Shown here: positions 47,850 through 60,874 of the stretch, piece by piece
Numbering within the stretch: the stretch's first letter is position 1
Layout: every line of letters begins with the position of its first letter
Origin: Eutreptiella sp. 'Long Island Sound 2002'
Lineage: Eukaryota; Protista; Euglenida
DNA length: 64,000 nt
Direction: 5' to 3'
Assembly (NCBI GenBank): GCA_964036045.1
Contig: OZ038378.1
Location: forward strand, 140,368,001-140,432,000
Position numbers and translations under genes: made by a program
The notes under the pieces: model-generated
Database searches by the model: none
Told to the model about the DNA's origin: nothing
Seen by the model: the letters and a program-made list of their open reading frames with translations, nothing else

Positions 47850-50800
47850 GGGGGTCCCAAGGGGCAAGTTGGCGGCCCTTTGGGGGCACCCCCTTGGAAT
47901 CACATGGTGGGGGCATTTGGGACCGCCCCCCCAGAGGGAACAACAGTCCTCATGCGGCAGGCCTTGTTAGTGCGGCAGGTCAAGCCACCGGCGAAGGAGG
48001 GCGAAAACTCGCTGGCGGCCGCCCTGTGGCACTCTACTAGATTACGCCATGTATTGGTGGGCTTCAGCACATGGGTGGCGGTTCTCCATGCCTAGGTGGC
48101 CTATGGATTGTCGGGACAGCCGGCACTCAACCGGGCCTTTTGGCAACAGGCCCTCGACTATGCACCGCAACATGGGGTGGCACCACATATGATTGGGGGG
48201 GATTTTCATTTCCCCCTCGACGTCCTCATGCAAGCGTTGACCACGCTGCAGGGGGTGCTGCTCACCTGGCGCCTAGTGGATGCCGACTCAAAGCTGACAG
48301 TCAACGCGTGACGCCCCCCCCCCCCCCCCTTGTGCTCGTATGTCGGGGTGCGGCAGGATGCCCCACCCGCATCGACGGGTTGTTGGTGGACACCCGCTTG
48401 GCAGCCCCGCTGTGCGGGTCAAAGGTATAGCCGGCGTGCGCCATACTACGCTTCCACTTGCTCCCGGAGGGGGCCGTGCAGAGCGTTCTGTGCCTGCCCC
48501 GGGTTGTCATCCTGCCCATGCCATGGGAGGAGCGGGTCCCCATGGTGTACGGCCTGCTGGACCCTATGGCGCCCCGTTGGCACGCGGAGTTGGCAACTGG
48601 GGATCAAGACCACCTGTGGTCGGCATGGACCTGGGTGGTGGATTAAACGCTATTGGCGCTCTCTGCCCTAGGGCTCTAGCCGGGCGTGGAGCTCCCTGCA
48701 GCCTCTCCGCACTACAAAAGGGGCAGGGGCACGGAGCGGCTCCTGAAGCATGTGCAGTTGTGTCCCCGCCAGTGCCGCATTACGGGCGACCCAGTGGCCT
48801 GCCCACAGGTGCGCCTACAGCAATATAGGGGTCTTTGCGGACCGTCTTGATCTGGCTGGAGCGCCCAGACCCGCAGCCGGGGGCAGCATGGCAGCTAGTC
48901 ATAGAGGCCTGTGACAGCTTCAGCACATGCATGCACTTGGAGACAAGCAAACAAGCCTCCGGGTGCCGGGACCGCCACACCGCCTGTCCCCGGTGGCAGA
49001 GCTCCAAGGACTGTGCACAAACCTGCAAGGTTGCATCCGCACAGAGTGGCGTCAGGAGACCAAGACCGCCTCCAAGTGTGGAGGGACTAGCTCAATGAGG
49101 CCTGGTCCTCCAAGCAGGGCACGGTCTACACATGGCTGAAGGGCGGATGCCTTCGCCCCGCCGGTCACCTGGTCGTCCGGCCCCCCCACGGCACGCCGAC
49201 GGCAAACCTGCGGGAGATGGACTCCCTGTTGCCGGAGGCCTGGTGGGCCACACATGTTCCACCGGTGCCTAGCATAGAACATTGCAAGAGAGAGCAATAT
49301 TCTTCCATCACCGGGGGCAATTTTGCGGGATACCCGGCGAGGTGCGTGCGATATGCTTCGGTGGGGTCGCTTCCCCCATTTTAGATACGTCTGGGTACAA
49401 CCCCCGGAAAACCGCTCGGAAGTTTTGGCAACCAGCTCGAGCCCCAAAACGCAACCAATATCGCTTGGAATGTTCTAGGGACCTTCCGGCCGAGGTTCCA
49501 TGGAACGCTCGGAAGAAATTTTGGTGGCATCTGTGGAACCTGAACCTATTGGAACTTTAGTTGGATGCTTGGTGCCTGTTTTGCCTCCAAGGTGGTCCAT
49601 GAACAAAGATGTTGCAAAGGTTGTGGGGCTATGTAGTCAATTTGCCGCATCTAGCAAGACGACTGAAGATCCCTGCCTACTCCCCGGCTCGAGAAGGAGG
49701 CATTCAGGGGCATTTTTTCTTTGCTTTCCCGACACTTACAAATATTTGTGAACAAGATTTGTGTCCTGTGTCCACTGTCAAATGCGCACTCTGTGGATGT
49801 CCGTTTCTTATGCCAGAGAACACTAGACGGAATCCGGCAGGACGAGTGCCTGGGCCTGGGGCCCACTGTTTAAGTTTTCTGCAAGTAAGGCTTTTTTGGA
49901 AAGCCCCCACCAGTAGCTCTCACCAGAAGTTTATTTTAGGTCATCTGCTCGCACCAGGCTTGAGCTCTCGAGATATAAACCGCAAATACGCAGAGGCCAC
50001 AGAGGAGCTGGACCCGGCACAATTTCTCGTATGCGTGCCACGTGAGGTGCGTGCCCATGATCTCAGGGCCCTGGACCAGCTGCCGCTTGCGACGAGCCCT
50101 CATGCGGATGCACCCCTCGGCCCTAGGCCTTGATGGCTGGAGCTTCGAGGACCTGAGCGCTGCTAGACCAGTTCTTGGACTGGCTAATAGACCTCCTATA
50201 GGAGGTGGAGCGCCGGGGGTGATGGCCCTTATGCCTCGCCTAGGGCTGCACGGCCCTCATCCCCAAGGAGCCCCCAGCGAGGTCGCTGAACACCTGGCCC
50301 TTAACAGTCCTCTCCATGATCTACCGCCTTTGGGCGGGGATCAAGCAGGAGGAGGCCATCTGGTGGTAGGAGGCCTGGGCACACCTGTGTGCCTTTGGCT
50401 TCCGCCCCGCGCGGAGCGCCTTGGATGGCGCCACAGTGCCCCAGGTTCTCTTGGAGCTGTGCCGCCTCAAGGGGTGGGCGATGGCGGGGATGAGCATCAA
50501 TTGCGTCAAGTGTTTTGATCTCATCCCCTAGGCCGTCGTCCTGGCCCTGGCGTTGCAGGTGGGCGTAGGCCCGGGTCGCAAGGGCCCTTGGGGCCATGTA
50601 CAAGCAGCTCCGCAGGGCCTTCAAGGTGGCCGGGTGTTTGGGGGCCTGGTGGCAGGTCACCAACGGCATCCTGCAAGGCTGTCCCCTCTCCACGATCCTC
50701 GTGAACGTCCTCACCATGATCTGGAAGTGGGAGGTGCACGCCGTGTGGGAGCAAGTATGTGTGGCCATGGTGACCCTGCCACCGGTCCTTGTGGCCCCAA

Positions 50801-51550
50801 AGGCCGACCGCGAGTCAGACGCATTGGAGTCACAGCTGCAGCTGCAGCTGCAGCTGCAGGCGCAGGGTCCGGGGCTGTCGGCCTTGGGGGCGTTAGGCTA
50901 TGCCAATGACACCCAAGGCGGTGACGCCAGGGGCGGCAACTCTCCAACGGACCGCCCCCACGACGGAGGCCTGGCTCGCCCTCATGGGGCAGGACGTGCG
51001 AGTGGACAAGTCTTGCTCCTGGTCGCACGGGGAGGGGGCAGTGTAGGCAGTTTTGCTGTGCGCTCTCCCCATACCGGCGGCGGACTGTTTCCGCCGGGGG
51101 TGGGCATGGCTGTGGGAGGCGCTTGCAGCCCTGTTGTCTTAATGCCGGGAGGCTGGCCGCAGTGTGCTGCGGAGGCTGCCCCACTTGCCTGCCTTTCAGC
51201 GCAGGGTGCGGGCAGTCATCACCCTGGTGACGCCCCTGGCACTCCACGGGGTGGCCGTCACCACGGTGGCGGACCGGCACCTGCTGGGCCTGGAGATCAT
51301 GGTCCTGCGGACGGTGTGGGGGGCAGCCAGGCTCTCCGGTGCCAAGGAGGTGGTCTTTGCGTTTCCTGACGCCGGGCCACCGCGTCCCCCCGGTGATGCA
51401 TACCCGCTGTGAGCAGGTTCTCTGGACCAGAATTGCCAGCACGCCAGGGCCCGTATGTGTCCTGCTGCAGGCCATCTAGGAGGAGAGCCGCCAGCCCCCG
51501 ACTGCGTTTCCGCCCTCTGAGTGTGGAACAGCAGTAAAAACACGAACCCC
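47850..51550 (+). mobile_element. Decayed LINE ORF2 (APE endonuclease plus reverse transcriptase), sense to GCN1, interrupted at about 49250-49972
   Basis: APE motifs MIGGDFH and RIDGLLV; RT motifs RPLTVLSMIYRLWAG, KCFDLIP, VTNGILQGCPLS and GYANDT; many frameshifts. Confidence 0.9.
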
Positions 51551-51685
51551 TCGGGGAGGGGTAGGGGTCGGTGGGTGGGTGGCCAATCCCCACCGATGCA
51601 CCGCCATCACACTGGGCATTGGCAATGCACCTCCAGACCATGTGTTTGTTCTTCTTCCCCCCCTTCCCTTATCTTTGCTCCTCAG

Positions 51686-51790
51686 GGTGTCGGGGGCAAT
51701 TGTGTGGAAGATGTGGTCATGCAGTTGGTCCGCAAGTTGGAGTCTGACGACGAGGACGTCAAAGAGACTGGCCTCTCAGGCCTCACTCAG
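51686..51790 (+). CDS. GCN1: GCN1 exon 13 in window (probable GC donor)
   Basis: Polypyrimidine + ctcag acceptor. GVGGNCVEDVVMQLVRKLESDDEDVKETGLSGLTQ matches IGHQALEDILPFLLKQLDDEEVSEFALDGLKQ. Ends cag|gcatct. Confidence 0.85.
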
Positions 51791-54058
51791 GCATCTGCCT
51801 CTTCTGAGCTGTGCGTACTGCTGTGCGATCTCTTTCACCGTGGCCCTTGCCACATTACAAGCGTTGTGTGCCGTGATCTTCGGTGCATCCAGCGTACAAC
51901 TCAGCAAGACCCGGATCTTTGTGATTGTGTGTTGGCTCGTGGACGCTGGGTGCAAGTTTGACCGGGAGCATTGTTCACCGCAGTACCTGCTTTTCTTGCA
52001 TAGTTTCGTGATCGCGTGCATTGTGCCGGCAGGGCACGCATTTCCAGGCAACGTTCTGCATTACACACCCTGACGGATCCCCAATTGTTGTGATTGGGGA
52101 CAGCCCTCCCCTGTTTTGTCGTGTCAACCTCCTGCGCGCTAACAACCCGCAGGAGTGTATAGAGTGCCGTGGTGGGGTCAATAGGTTGTTGACCCTCGCA
52201 TTGCTACTGAATCTGAAGAGGCCTAGGATTCCGGCCGCCGTTGGAGAGGTGGTTGGAGTGGGTTGCCAAAGGGGTGGAGATGGGTCCCTGGTATTGCAGA
52301 TGCCGGGGGGGGGGGGGGGGGGGGCAGTTGGCGTCAGGCAGACAGCGGCTGGGACGCAGCTGGAGGCCCTCCCCTGCACGAGACTCCGGCTCCTGCAGTG
52401 GTTCCAGCACCGGCACCCACCACCATGGCCCGGCCAATGCAGCCCCAGGCAGGGCATCACTGCTCCACTGACGCCGTCAGCACAGCCAAGGGTTCCGAAC
52501 ACCGCCTGCAAGTCTCCCCAGAGGCCGTGGGTCTGCCCCCCAAGGGTGGCAAACACATCCAGTCGTACTCCAGTGGTCCTCAGGGCAGGCATTGCTTAGT
52601 GGCAAACCCTCCCAGAAAAAGTTTGTGTACCTCAAATTGGCCTCCACTTTCGGGCCCTTTTAGTGAATGCCATTTTTCCTCCGAAGGAAAAGTTTGCTGA
52701 TTTTCTGATGTAGATGGGGAGGGGTCGGGCGGGGCTCCCCCCTCCCCCCCAACAGGGTCCATACGCAATGCCCTGCCTCCAACATGCAACTCATGCCCCG
52801 ACAGCCCCAAGCCCACTTCCAATCGCCGCATGTGTACTCCTGTCCTGTTCCCAAAGAAGTCCAATGATTGAAACGGGGAGTGGGGTGGGTGGGTGTGCTA
52901 GGCATGCTACATCCCCCGCCACATGAGCCCTTGGCGGCAGTGGGTACTGGACTGCCGATGCAGCGCACGCCAAGACATGTCCTGAAGTGGGTCTGTTCCC
53001 GTCTACAGACCACAGTCGACCCACTCGAAAGCGCTGTGGGGCAGTGGCCCATAGCCCCAGAGAGGGATGACCAGGCGCTCTGAGGCACAGGCCCAGTTAC
53101 GTCCACCTATTCTGCACCCATGCCCCCGGTGTTCAGGACCCCGGGCTGCCTACACCCCTGACACCTCAAGTCTGCGCCTTGTGCACTGCCCACGCATTCC
53201 TGCCTACAGCCCCCCCCCCCCCCCGGGTGCCACATGCATTGTACGGCCCCAGGCCCGCCCACATGTGCAGTGCAGCCACACCCTCTCTGCCTGTACTTCG
53301 CGCACCCGACAGCTCACACCCCGCCCATGCACCCTGCGCACCCTACCCCCCACCCACGGAGGCATGCGCCGCTGCAGCGTGCAGCCCCATGCGGGCCTCA
53401 CCCTCGCCTGCAGCACACCCATCACACGCCATTGCCCAACTGTGCCCATCCCGTGGCCTCACCGCATGTCCCCACAGCTTTGCAGGCATTGCACACCCCA
53501 CATGTGTTTATACTCAAAACAATAGATTTTTGTTGAGAGTTCAAAAATGGGTGAAAAACACAAAAGCAGTTATGACACGACCCGACCCGACCTCCTGGTC
53601 AGACCTTGGCTGATGGGAGCCTGAGCTGATGGGCCTTTTTTTTTTAAAAAAAAAAACTTTTAACTCACCTGTGTATGTTCAAAATGATCAGCGTGTCATG
53701 GGGATCATTTTGAGGTATGCATATTGGGGTACCCACCGACCCCCCCCTTGGCCACCCAGGCGGCTGACAGGCCGACCCACCTACCTGCTGGGTTTGGGTC
53801 AACGAAGAGGAGCCCCCCCCCCCCCCCCCCCTGCTTCAACCCCTGAAATGGTTCAACACCCCTCGGGGTCACATCCCGCTAGGCAGCCGCCCCCATGTGT
53901 CCAAGCCCGAGAGAAGGTGGGCCTGTGGCCCAGTGATTTCCTGGGAATCGGGTCACAAGGTGGTCCAACGGGCAAAATCACCTCTGATAGAGGGTGAGAT
54001 CAAGGGCAGGCATGAGGTGTGACGCACAACCATCCCACGCCCTCGTCTCTGCCTGTAC

Positions 54059-54323
54059 CAGGGGGGTCCTTTGGAAGGCAATTTCTCCTTTTTTTTTCTT
54101 TAAGGAGCCCCCACCCCCGCTTGTTCCTTGTGACCCACCAACCGCTGCTGGTTGACTGCCAACTGCTGTTTGTTAAGCACCAACTGCCAACGGTTGACTG
54201 CCAACCGTTTTCAGTTACCCACCACCTGCCGTGTTGAACTGCCAGCCATCACCAGTCCAGACACATAAATACCAGAGGCAGTGTCTTTTTCTCTTTCTTT
54301 TTTTTGTCTTAAGGACTCCCCTG
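54059..54323 (+). mobile_element. Older copy of the AACCGCC-type hAT-like MITE
   Basis: TIRs caggggggtcctt / taaggactcccctg; TSD gcctgtac / gcccgtac (one mismatch). Confidence 0.8.
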
Positions 54324-54401
54324 GCCCGTACCCATCTCTCAGTCCCACCCAGCCTGGGCCCATTCCACAGCCCTGCTCCTGACGGTACCGCATCTGCACA
54401 G

Positions 54402-54628
54402 ATCATTGCCGTGCGACCCAAAGTCGTGCTGGGGCTCATCATTCCGAAAATGTGCAAACAAGATCTGTTCTCGGAGACCTACGCGCGGGCCCTGACTCAA
54501 ATTGCAAACGTGTCCGGGGACGTCATGACGTTCTACATTCCGCAGCTGCTGCCTGTTCTGGTGGTCAGCATGGGCCATGACCTGGACTACATGGAGCACG
54601 TCAAGGCTGCTACCATTTCCCTCATCAG
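54402..54628 (+). CDS. GCN1: GCN1 exon 14 in window
   Basis: IIAVRPKVVLGLIIPKM...RALTQIANVSGDVMTFYIPQLLPVL matches VMAIKSRVVLPYLVPKL...LSSVAGDALTRHLGVILP. ag|gtaatg donor. Confidence 0.9.
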
Positions 54629-55128
54629 GTAATGATTTCAGCAGTGGTGCACTCCCGCCCCCCCCCCCCCCCCCCAAAGAATTCGCCCAAACGCAATGCC
54701 ATGAGGCTAGTGCGGTATGGACTCCCGTGGAGCATTCGCAGATCAGTGGTGCTGGTGGAGCATTTGGCAACACTGATCCTGGAGGGAAAAGGTCTCTGGC
54801 TCTAGCTACACTTGGACACAAGAGGCCAGAGGAGACAAGTGGTAGTTGTGAGCGGTGGGACCAACATTGCGCTCTCACCCTGCTCACTGGATGTCTGGGA
54901 GGTCTTTCAGAACAGCAGGGAAACAAAATGCTGCCACTAGCCGTCAAGTTGACTGAATTGACAACCGTCTCCGAGGGTTGCCTAGCAACCAAGGGCAGTT
55001 AAGCACCATCTGCAAGACTAGCCCCAATGCTGCTACTCTGCCACCTTCGTAGTCGTCCCATGACTGCTTTACTACCTTGGCAACCCCCCTTGGTCATCAT
55101 GGGCATCCATGCATTCTCACATCTGCAG

Positions 55129-55324
55129 CATTTTGGACGATGAGTCACTGCCGATGGCAGTCAGTGAGATTAAGACCTCCATCCAGAGCGCGAATGCTGC
55201 AGTGCGACGTGGCGGCGCGGCGCTTGTCGGCTGTATGTGCGGCAACATCGATGAAGACGTGGATTTCGAAGAAACGATTCCGACGCTGATCCAAAATACC
55301 GTGCGGCTGTTTGATGACAAAGAG
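55129..55324 (+). CDS. GCN1: GCN1 exon 15 in window
   Basis: Encodes (S)ILDDESLPMAVSEIKTSIQSANAAVRRGGAALVGCMC...IPTLIQNTVRLFDDKE, matching GMRQAAAIILNIYC...LVSGLIRLFNDS. AG/GT borders. Confidence 0.9.
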
Positions 55325-58314
55325 GTGTGACGGGGGGATTGTGAGATGTGGCCAGCAGTGGGGATACAGGGTGTTGGGATGTCCGGTGCAGGGGTGTAAG
55401 AAGCAGGCATCAGTGTGTGGAGTTTGGGTCAGGGTTTTGCTTCGCGTGCGGCCTAGCCTTGGGGGGGGGGGGGGGGCGTGCCTGGGTGGGGTTTTCGGAA
55501 TTCTGCGTGTCCACCATGGGGTTAGGCTGTATGCGGGGGTCCAGGGTACCCCTCAATCCCCTCTCCTGCTCTCAACTCCTTCCCCGACTTCTATTAAACA
55601 GACAAATGATGTTAAACTCAGGGGGCCGCAGATATCATCACTTCAAAAAAAATTTCATTCTTTCTTGTTCAACGATGCTATCTACAAGGCCGGGTGCCCC
55701 GATAACAGGGAACAGTAACCAAAGCAGCTTCAAACCTTTGTTTATGTGATACACAATAGTTTAATACCATCGGCGTGACATTTGGTCTTCCTCAGAACTC
55801 ACTGAGGGACCCTCGCCGACCCCGAATGCCAATGTGGCGACTTGATGCACTGCCTGTGAGGGGGTGAGGGGTACCACTAACATTAAACCCAGGTTTCCCC
55901 AGAAACCCCAGTTTGGCTCCACTGCCCCTCCTGTTACAGTGTGCAGTTTTCCCGCCCGTCAGATGGAAGCTGTCTTTTACTGTGCCTCGTCAGAAGGGAT
56001 ACGGAGTCCGGGAAACCAGCCAAACCCTGTCCAATGCTTGTGTCTTATGCATTGCACCAGTGGCTGGGTGACTGGGTGGTTGGGTGGCTGGGTCTGTGGG
56101 GTCAAACCGCCCCCTGGGAGTAGGACGCCTTTGGGTCCTGGGATTTCCAAGATTCTGCTTCTGTTGGTTCGCCAGCCCCCCCCCCCCCTGGCTAAGCAAA
56201 ACCCTGGACTTTGGGTGGCAGAAGGTGGTGTGGGATTTGGGGGGGAGCGGGATGCACCGTGCGGGCACCGTGCATCTTTTTTACTTTTCATTACTTTTCA
56301 TTTCCTTGACGTCATTGTTTTGCTTTGCTGTTGCCCTGTGAGGTGCCATGTTGCTGAGCTGGTGCCCCAGTTCACCCTGCAGGCATGTCCTGAGGATTGC
56401 ATCGTACATGCTATCCCTTGGTCTATAGTTCAGCAACACAATGTCTTTGTCCTGGTTCGAGCCGGTACCCCGGTCTTCTACAACCACGGTAGTGCAAAGG
56501 AGCAGGTTCCTACTACTATTCTGGGTCCCTCGCAACGCCGTAGTGATTACCTACGCATACAATATGAGGTGAATGGGAAGGTGGTGATTCATGATGCTGA
56601 TGCACTGCACCACCTCGAGTTCCACATTTGGAGCCCATCCCCATCACCCTCAACGTCTTCCACACCTGAACCTGACGGTGAGCATTGTTGCTCGGCTTCA
56701 TGCATTTGGATATCAACGTGTTGTACATCAATAATTTTCTAGATTCAATTCGGATTGCAACAAACTCATGTGATACCCATTTGCTGGCTTTTTTCTTGGT
56801 GCAAATGTTGCTGTTTAGTACCTTTCTGTGAGGGTCCAATTGGGCGGTGAAAGTTGTGCAATTGCCCCAAACGGTGCGCATCGTGCATCCGTTCCCACTG
56901 GGGAGTGGGTGTGGGGCATCTCCTGAGTTGGGGACGGCGTGGAATCTTGAGGACGTGCGCGCGCAGTAGACCCACAGTCCCGCTCACACAATCCATTGGC
57001 GTGCGCCTACTGTTGTGAAGCGTCCTTGGTCGAAGGTGCATAGAGACTTCTTCTCTGCTGCAGTGAAAGGTGTGTGGCAATGCCACAGCAGATCTGTTGC
57101 GTCTCCGACTTCCAAAGCCCCGCAAACCACCGCGGGAAAGACACTCTACCGCAGATGCATTGCAATGGGGGAGGTACAGCACGCGGTACGAGGTCTTTTG
57201 GGTAGTGCGGCTGACTCTTTTCCCATAATTGTGCTTTGTCTCAGTACCTCATTTGCCTTGTACCCCCCCCCCCCCCGGTGAGCATATCTGCCGTGGCTGT
57301 GGGATAGGGTCCCAAGCCAAGTTGCGATGGCTGTGGCCATGGTGGACAATAGTCACGGGTGCCTCAACCTCTCCCCTTGTAGGGAAAATCAAAACCCACA
57401 ATCAAAGGCACAAACGTTTTCCGCGGAAGCGCACGTAGGGCAAGGGGGCGAGGGTGTGCGCATTGTTTGCAGCGTGTGCCAAATAGTAATTGTTGCTTGT
57501 TGTTTCATGCCACTGTTTTCTCCCCCATAAAGTGTTTCACATTATTTTCTTCTATTTTCTTTGATGCCTCCTCCGCACCATGCAACTTAGAAGGCGTAAC
57601 GCCACCGTCTACAATCCGTTGATGTGAATCTGTCCGCCGTGTTGGGTTGTGCTAAAGAGCGGATCCTTCTCCTTTCATCATCAACCAACGGCCCCCTTCG
57701 TCAGGGACTGTGGGTGGCTACAACCACCATGCAATTGGTGAGGAGGATGGAGTGGAGGCCTCCCGTTGTTGTATGCTTACCCCTTAGGCAACTGTGTCCT
57801 TGACAACGTGAAAAATCACTGAAATTTTTCGGGACTACGATGGAAAGAACACGCACAGTGCACAACACTCACATTGCACGCACGGTGCGATGCGCGGTGC
57901 GCGTACCTCCCCCAATGCTTCGATTTCCTGATACCTGAAAGGGCATTGGAAGGCCGTTCCAACAGTTTTCCTGTTATTTCGCAACCGTTGTCTTTGTGCT
58001 GGATGACGGCTCAACATTTATGATTCCAACGCTTTCTTCGATATGGTGTGATCACTGTTTTAAGCCGTGGAAGATTGACGGGGCATCAGGAGATCTTTGG
58101 GGGATTTGGGGATGGGAGTGTGTCAATATGTGGTGTGTAGGGATGTATTAGAACGGCTGACAACCATAGGAGGAGAGGGGGTTACCTCCCCCCAAGACCC
58201 AGATTTCATAGTGGGAAAAAGTGAATTTTATAAAAGGAAATATTGATTTGGGCTATTTTTGGTTCACAAATTTTTGGGTTCCAGAACCCCACCCCCCCTC
58301 CTCTCTTCTAATAC

Positions 58315-60874
58315 TGCTGCTCCTTGGGCCACGAGGGGCACCAGCAGGCACCGGCAGCGCAGTGCGCAAGGGCCAGGGTGCTGCGTGCGTGGCTTCAAGC
58401 GCCCCGGCAGGTGCACCGGCCTGCCACCCCCCCCCCCCTCCCCACGCACAGTGCTGGGCTCCCGAGGGAGTCGCCGCGGGGCTCATGAGAGGATGAGCCG
58501 CCGCAGGCACGGCAGCGCGTGCTGCCAGCGGTAGTGCGGTAGGGCGGAGGCAACGGCCGCCACGAGTCGGCTCTTCCTCCGACGACAACGAGCCACCGCG
58601 CCGGAGGCCCCCTCCCAGGGCTATGTCATCCTTTTCCCCCTCTTCCCGGGACTCCAGCCCCCACCACCCACGGGAATATGGGGGGGGAGGGGAGGGCGGC
58701 AGGGGGTTGGGTCGGTCACACCACGGGTGAACAGCCTCAGTGGCTCTGGCCTCATGTCCCCTGGGGGCGGTGGCTGTGGCTGCGGGCACCCCCGCTAGCT
58801 GCGCAGCCGGCCAGGACATCACTGGCCCCCCCTCCTCCCATGGGCCAGGGGGGGGGAAAAAGTGCAAATGCACTTTTTTGCATTTTTTTGCACTTTTCAC
58901 TTTGAGCCATTTTTTGCACTTTTTGCACTTTTTTGCATTTTTTTGCACTTGTTTCCACTGCCCTGTCAGAGTTGTTTTCGCTCTTTTGATGTCTGTGACG
59001 CAGCCAGAAGCTGGTGCGCAGGTACATACAAATGATGAGGAAGAGGAAAATGAACCTGGAAGGTAGGTTCAAAGTGGCGTAATGCCGAAACCAAGAGCAC
59101 TATCCTCCTCCACAGTATCCGTATTTATAGGTACGGAGCCCCGGAGAGCAAAGGTGTCCTCAGAACCACATCACTAGTTTCAATTTTACGTTTGGAGCGC
59201 ATTGTGTAGTGCACTGTTGTGTATTGTGTTGCCTTGTCATTGCATTTTTATGGTTGCATTTTTTTTGCACTTTTTTGCACATATTTGCACTTTTTTGCAT
59301 TTTTTTGCACTGCATTTTTTGGATAGTTCATTTGCACTTTTTTCCCCCCCCTGCATGGGCACGTCCCGCGGTTGGGGCAGGGGGGCAAGGACGGGGGCGC
59401 GCGAGCCTGGTGGACGTTTTTGGCTCCATCTCGGCCGCGCTCACTGCAGCGGCGTGGGCAGATGGGACACAGGGTGACCTCCCTCCTCCCCGGGATCACG
59501 AGCTGCAGGGGGCTGCAGGGCGGCTTTGAGCTGGGCAGGGTCCAGGTGCCCCCCCACCACTCCACGAGCAGGGGCAGTAGGGTGCTGCAGGGCAGGATTT
59601 GGGGCAGCAGAGTGCTGCGGGGCGTGCTGTGTTGCAGGCACAGGGGCAGCTAGAGGCTGCTGCTCTGGGTCAGGGGTGTCAGGGACAGGGCCAGGGTCAG
59701 GGACAGGGCCAGGGTCAGGGACAGGGCCAGGGTCGACAGGGTGGTCCCCCTCTCCCCCCGCCGCGGTGCAGCCCCCCCCCCACCCCCCCCCCTCCCTCCA
59801 TGGGTGGGCAGGGCAGGCACAGGAGCGCGGCAATGCGACAAGGGGGGAGCAGGGCAGCATGTGGGGCAGACCGTCAGCGGTGCCCCTCGCAGCACAGGGG
59901 CGCGTCGGCCCGTGGGGGGGGGGGGGGGGGGGGCTCTTGAGCCTGGGCTTCACTCAGCAAGTCCAGTCATCGGGAGGGGGGGGCGCCCAACCCCCCACAG
60001 CCGTCCCGCGGCGGGGGCAGGGGGCAGGGACGGGGGCGCGCGAGCCTGGTGGACGTTTTTGGCTCCATCTCGGCCGTGCTCACTGCAGCGGCGCGGGCAG
60101 ATGGGACACAGGGTGACCTCCCTCTTCCCCGGGATTGCGAGCTGCAGGGGGCTGCAGGGTCCAGGTGCCTCCCCACCACTCCACGAGCAGGGGCAGCATG
60201 GTGCTGCAGGGCAGGATCTGGGGCAGCCGAGTGCTGCAGGGCGTGCTGTGTTGCAGACACAGGGGCAGCCAGAGGCTGCTGCTCTGGGTCAGGGGTGTCA
60301 GGGACAGGGCCAGGGTCGACAGGGTGGTCCCCCTCTCCCCCCGGCGCAGCGCAGCCCCCCCCCACCCCCCCCCCTCCCTCCATGGGCGGGCAGGGCAGGC
60401 ACAGGAGCGCGGCAATGCGACAAGGGGGGGCAGGGCAGCACGTGGGGCAGGCCGTCAGCGGCGCCCCTCACAGCACAGGGGCGCGGCAGCCCGTCTGTCG
60501 GCCCCGGGGGGGGGGGGGGGCTCTTGAGCCTGGGCTTCACTCGGCGAGTGCAGTCATCGGGAGGGGGGGGGCGCCCAACCGCCCACAGCCGCACCTGCGG
60601 GCGCGGATGGGGGAGCGCGCAGCCCGAGATCTGGGCAGGGTCGCTCCTCGGAGGATCCCACATAGGATGGAGGCCCAGGTTCTTCCGTCGCGCCGCGATA
60701 CGCTGGGGGGGCAGGGGGGGGTAAGGGCCTTATATATCTGTATACAGCTGTATATAGATGAGCTCTCACCCGCTAACCCCCTGATCCCCTCAATCGCACT
60801 AGCGTCCAGGACTTGAAAAGGCGAATGCCTCCTCTCTTCTAATAACTAGCGTCCAGGACTTGAAAAGGCGAATG
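58315..60874. mobile_element. GC-rich non-coding insertion with an 18-bp TSD and internal tandem units of about 590-640 bp
   Basis: cctcctctcttctaatac at 58297-58314 and 60875-60892; ggacgggggcgcgcgagcc at 59389 and 60028; (cagggtcagggacagggc)n subrepeat. Confidence 0.7.
58846..59353 (+). mobile_element. 508-bp deleted hAT-like element related to 8079-9006
   Basis: TIRs CAG(G)nAAAAAGTGCAAATG / CATTTGCACTTTTT(C)nTG; 7-bp duplication catgggc (58839-58845 and 59354-59360); TTTTGCA subterminal repeats. Confidence 0.88.

Noticed and set aside
59372-60816. Long overlapping ORFs of up to 327 aa, including QG repeats
   Set aside because: They are open in several frames on both strands because the DNA is a GC-rich tandem repeat poor in stop codons; no domain signal.
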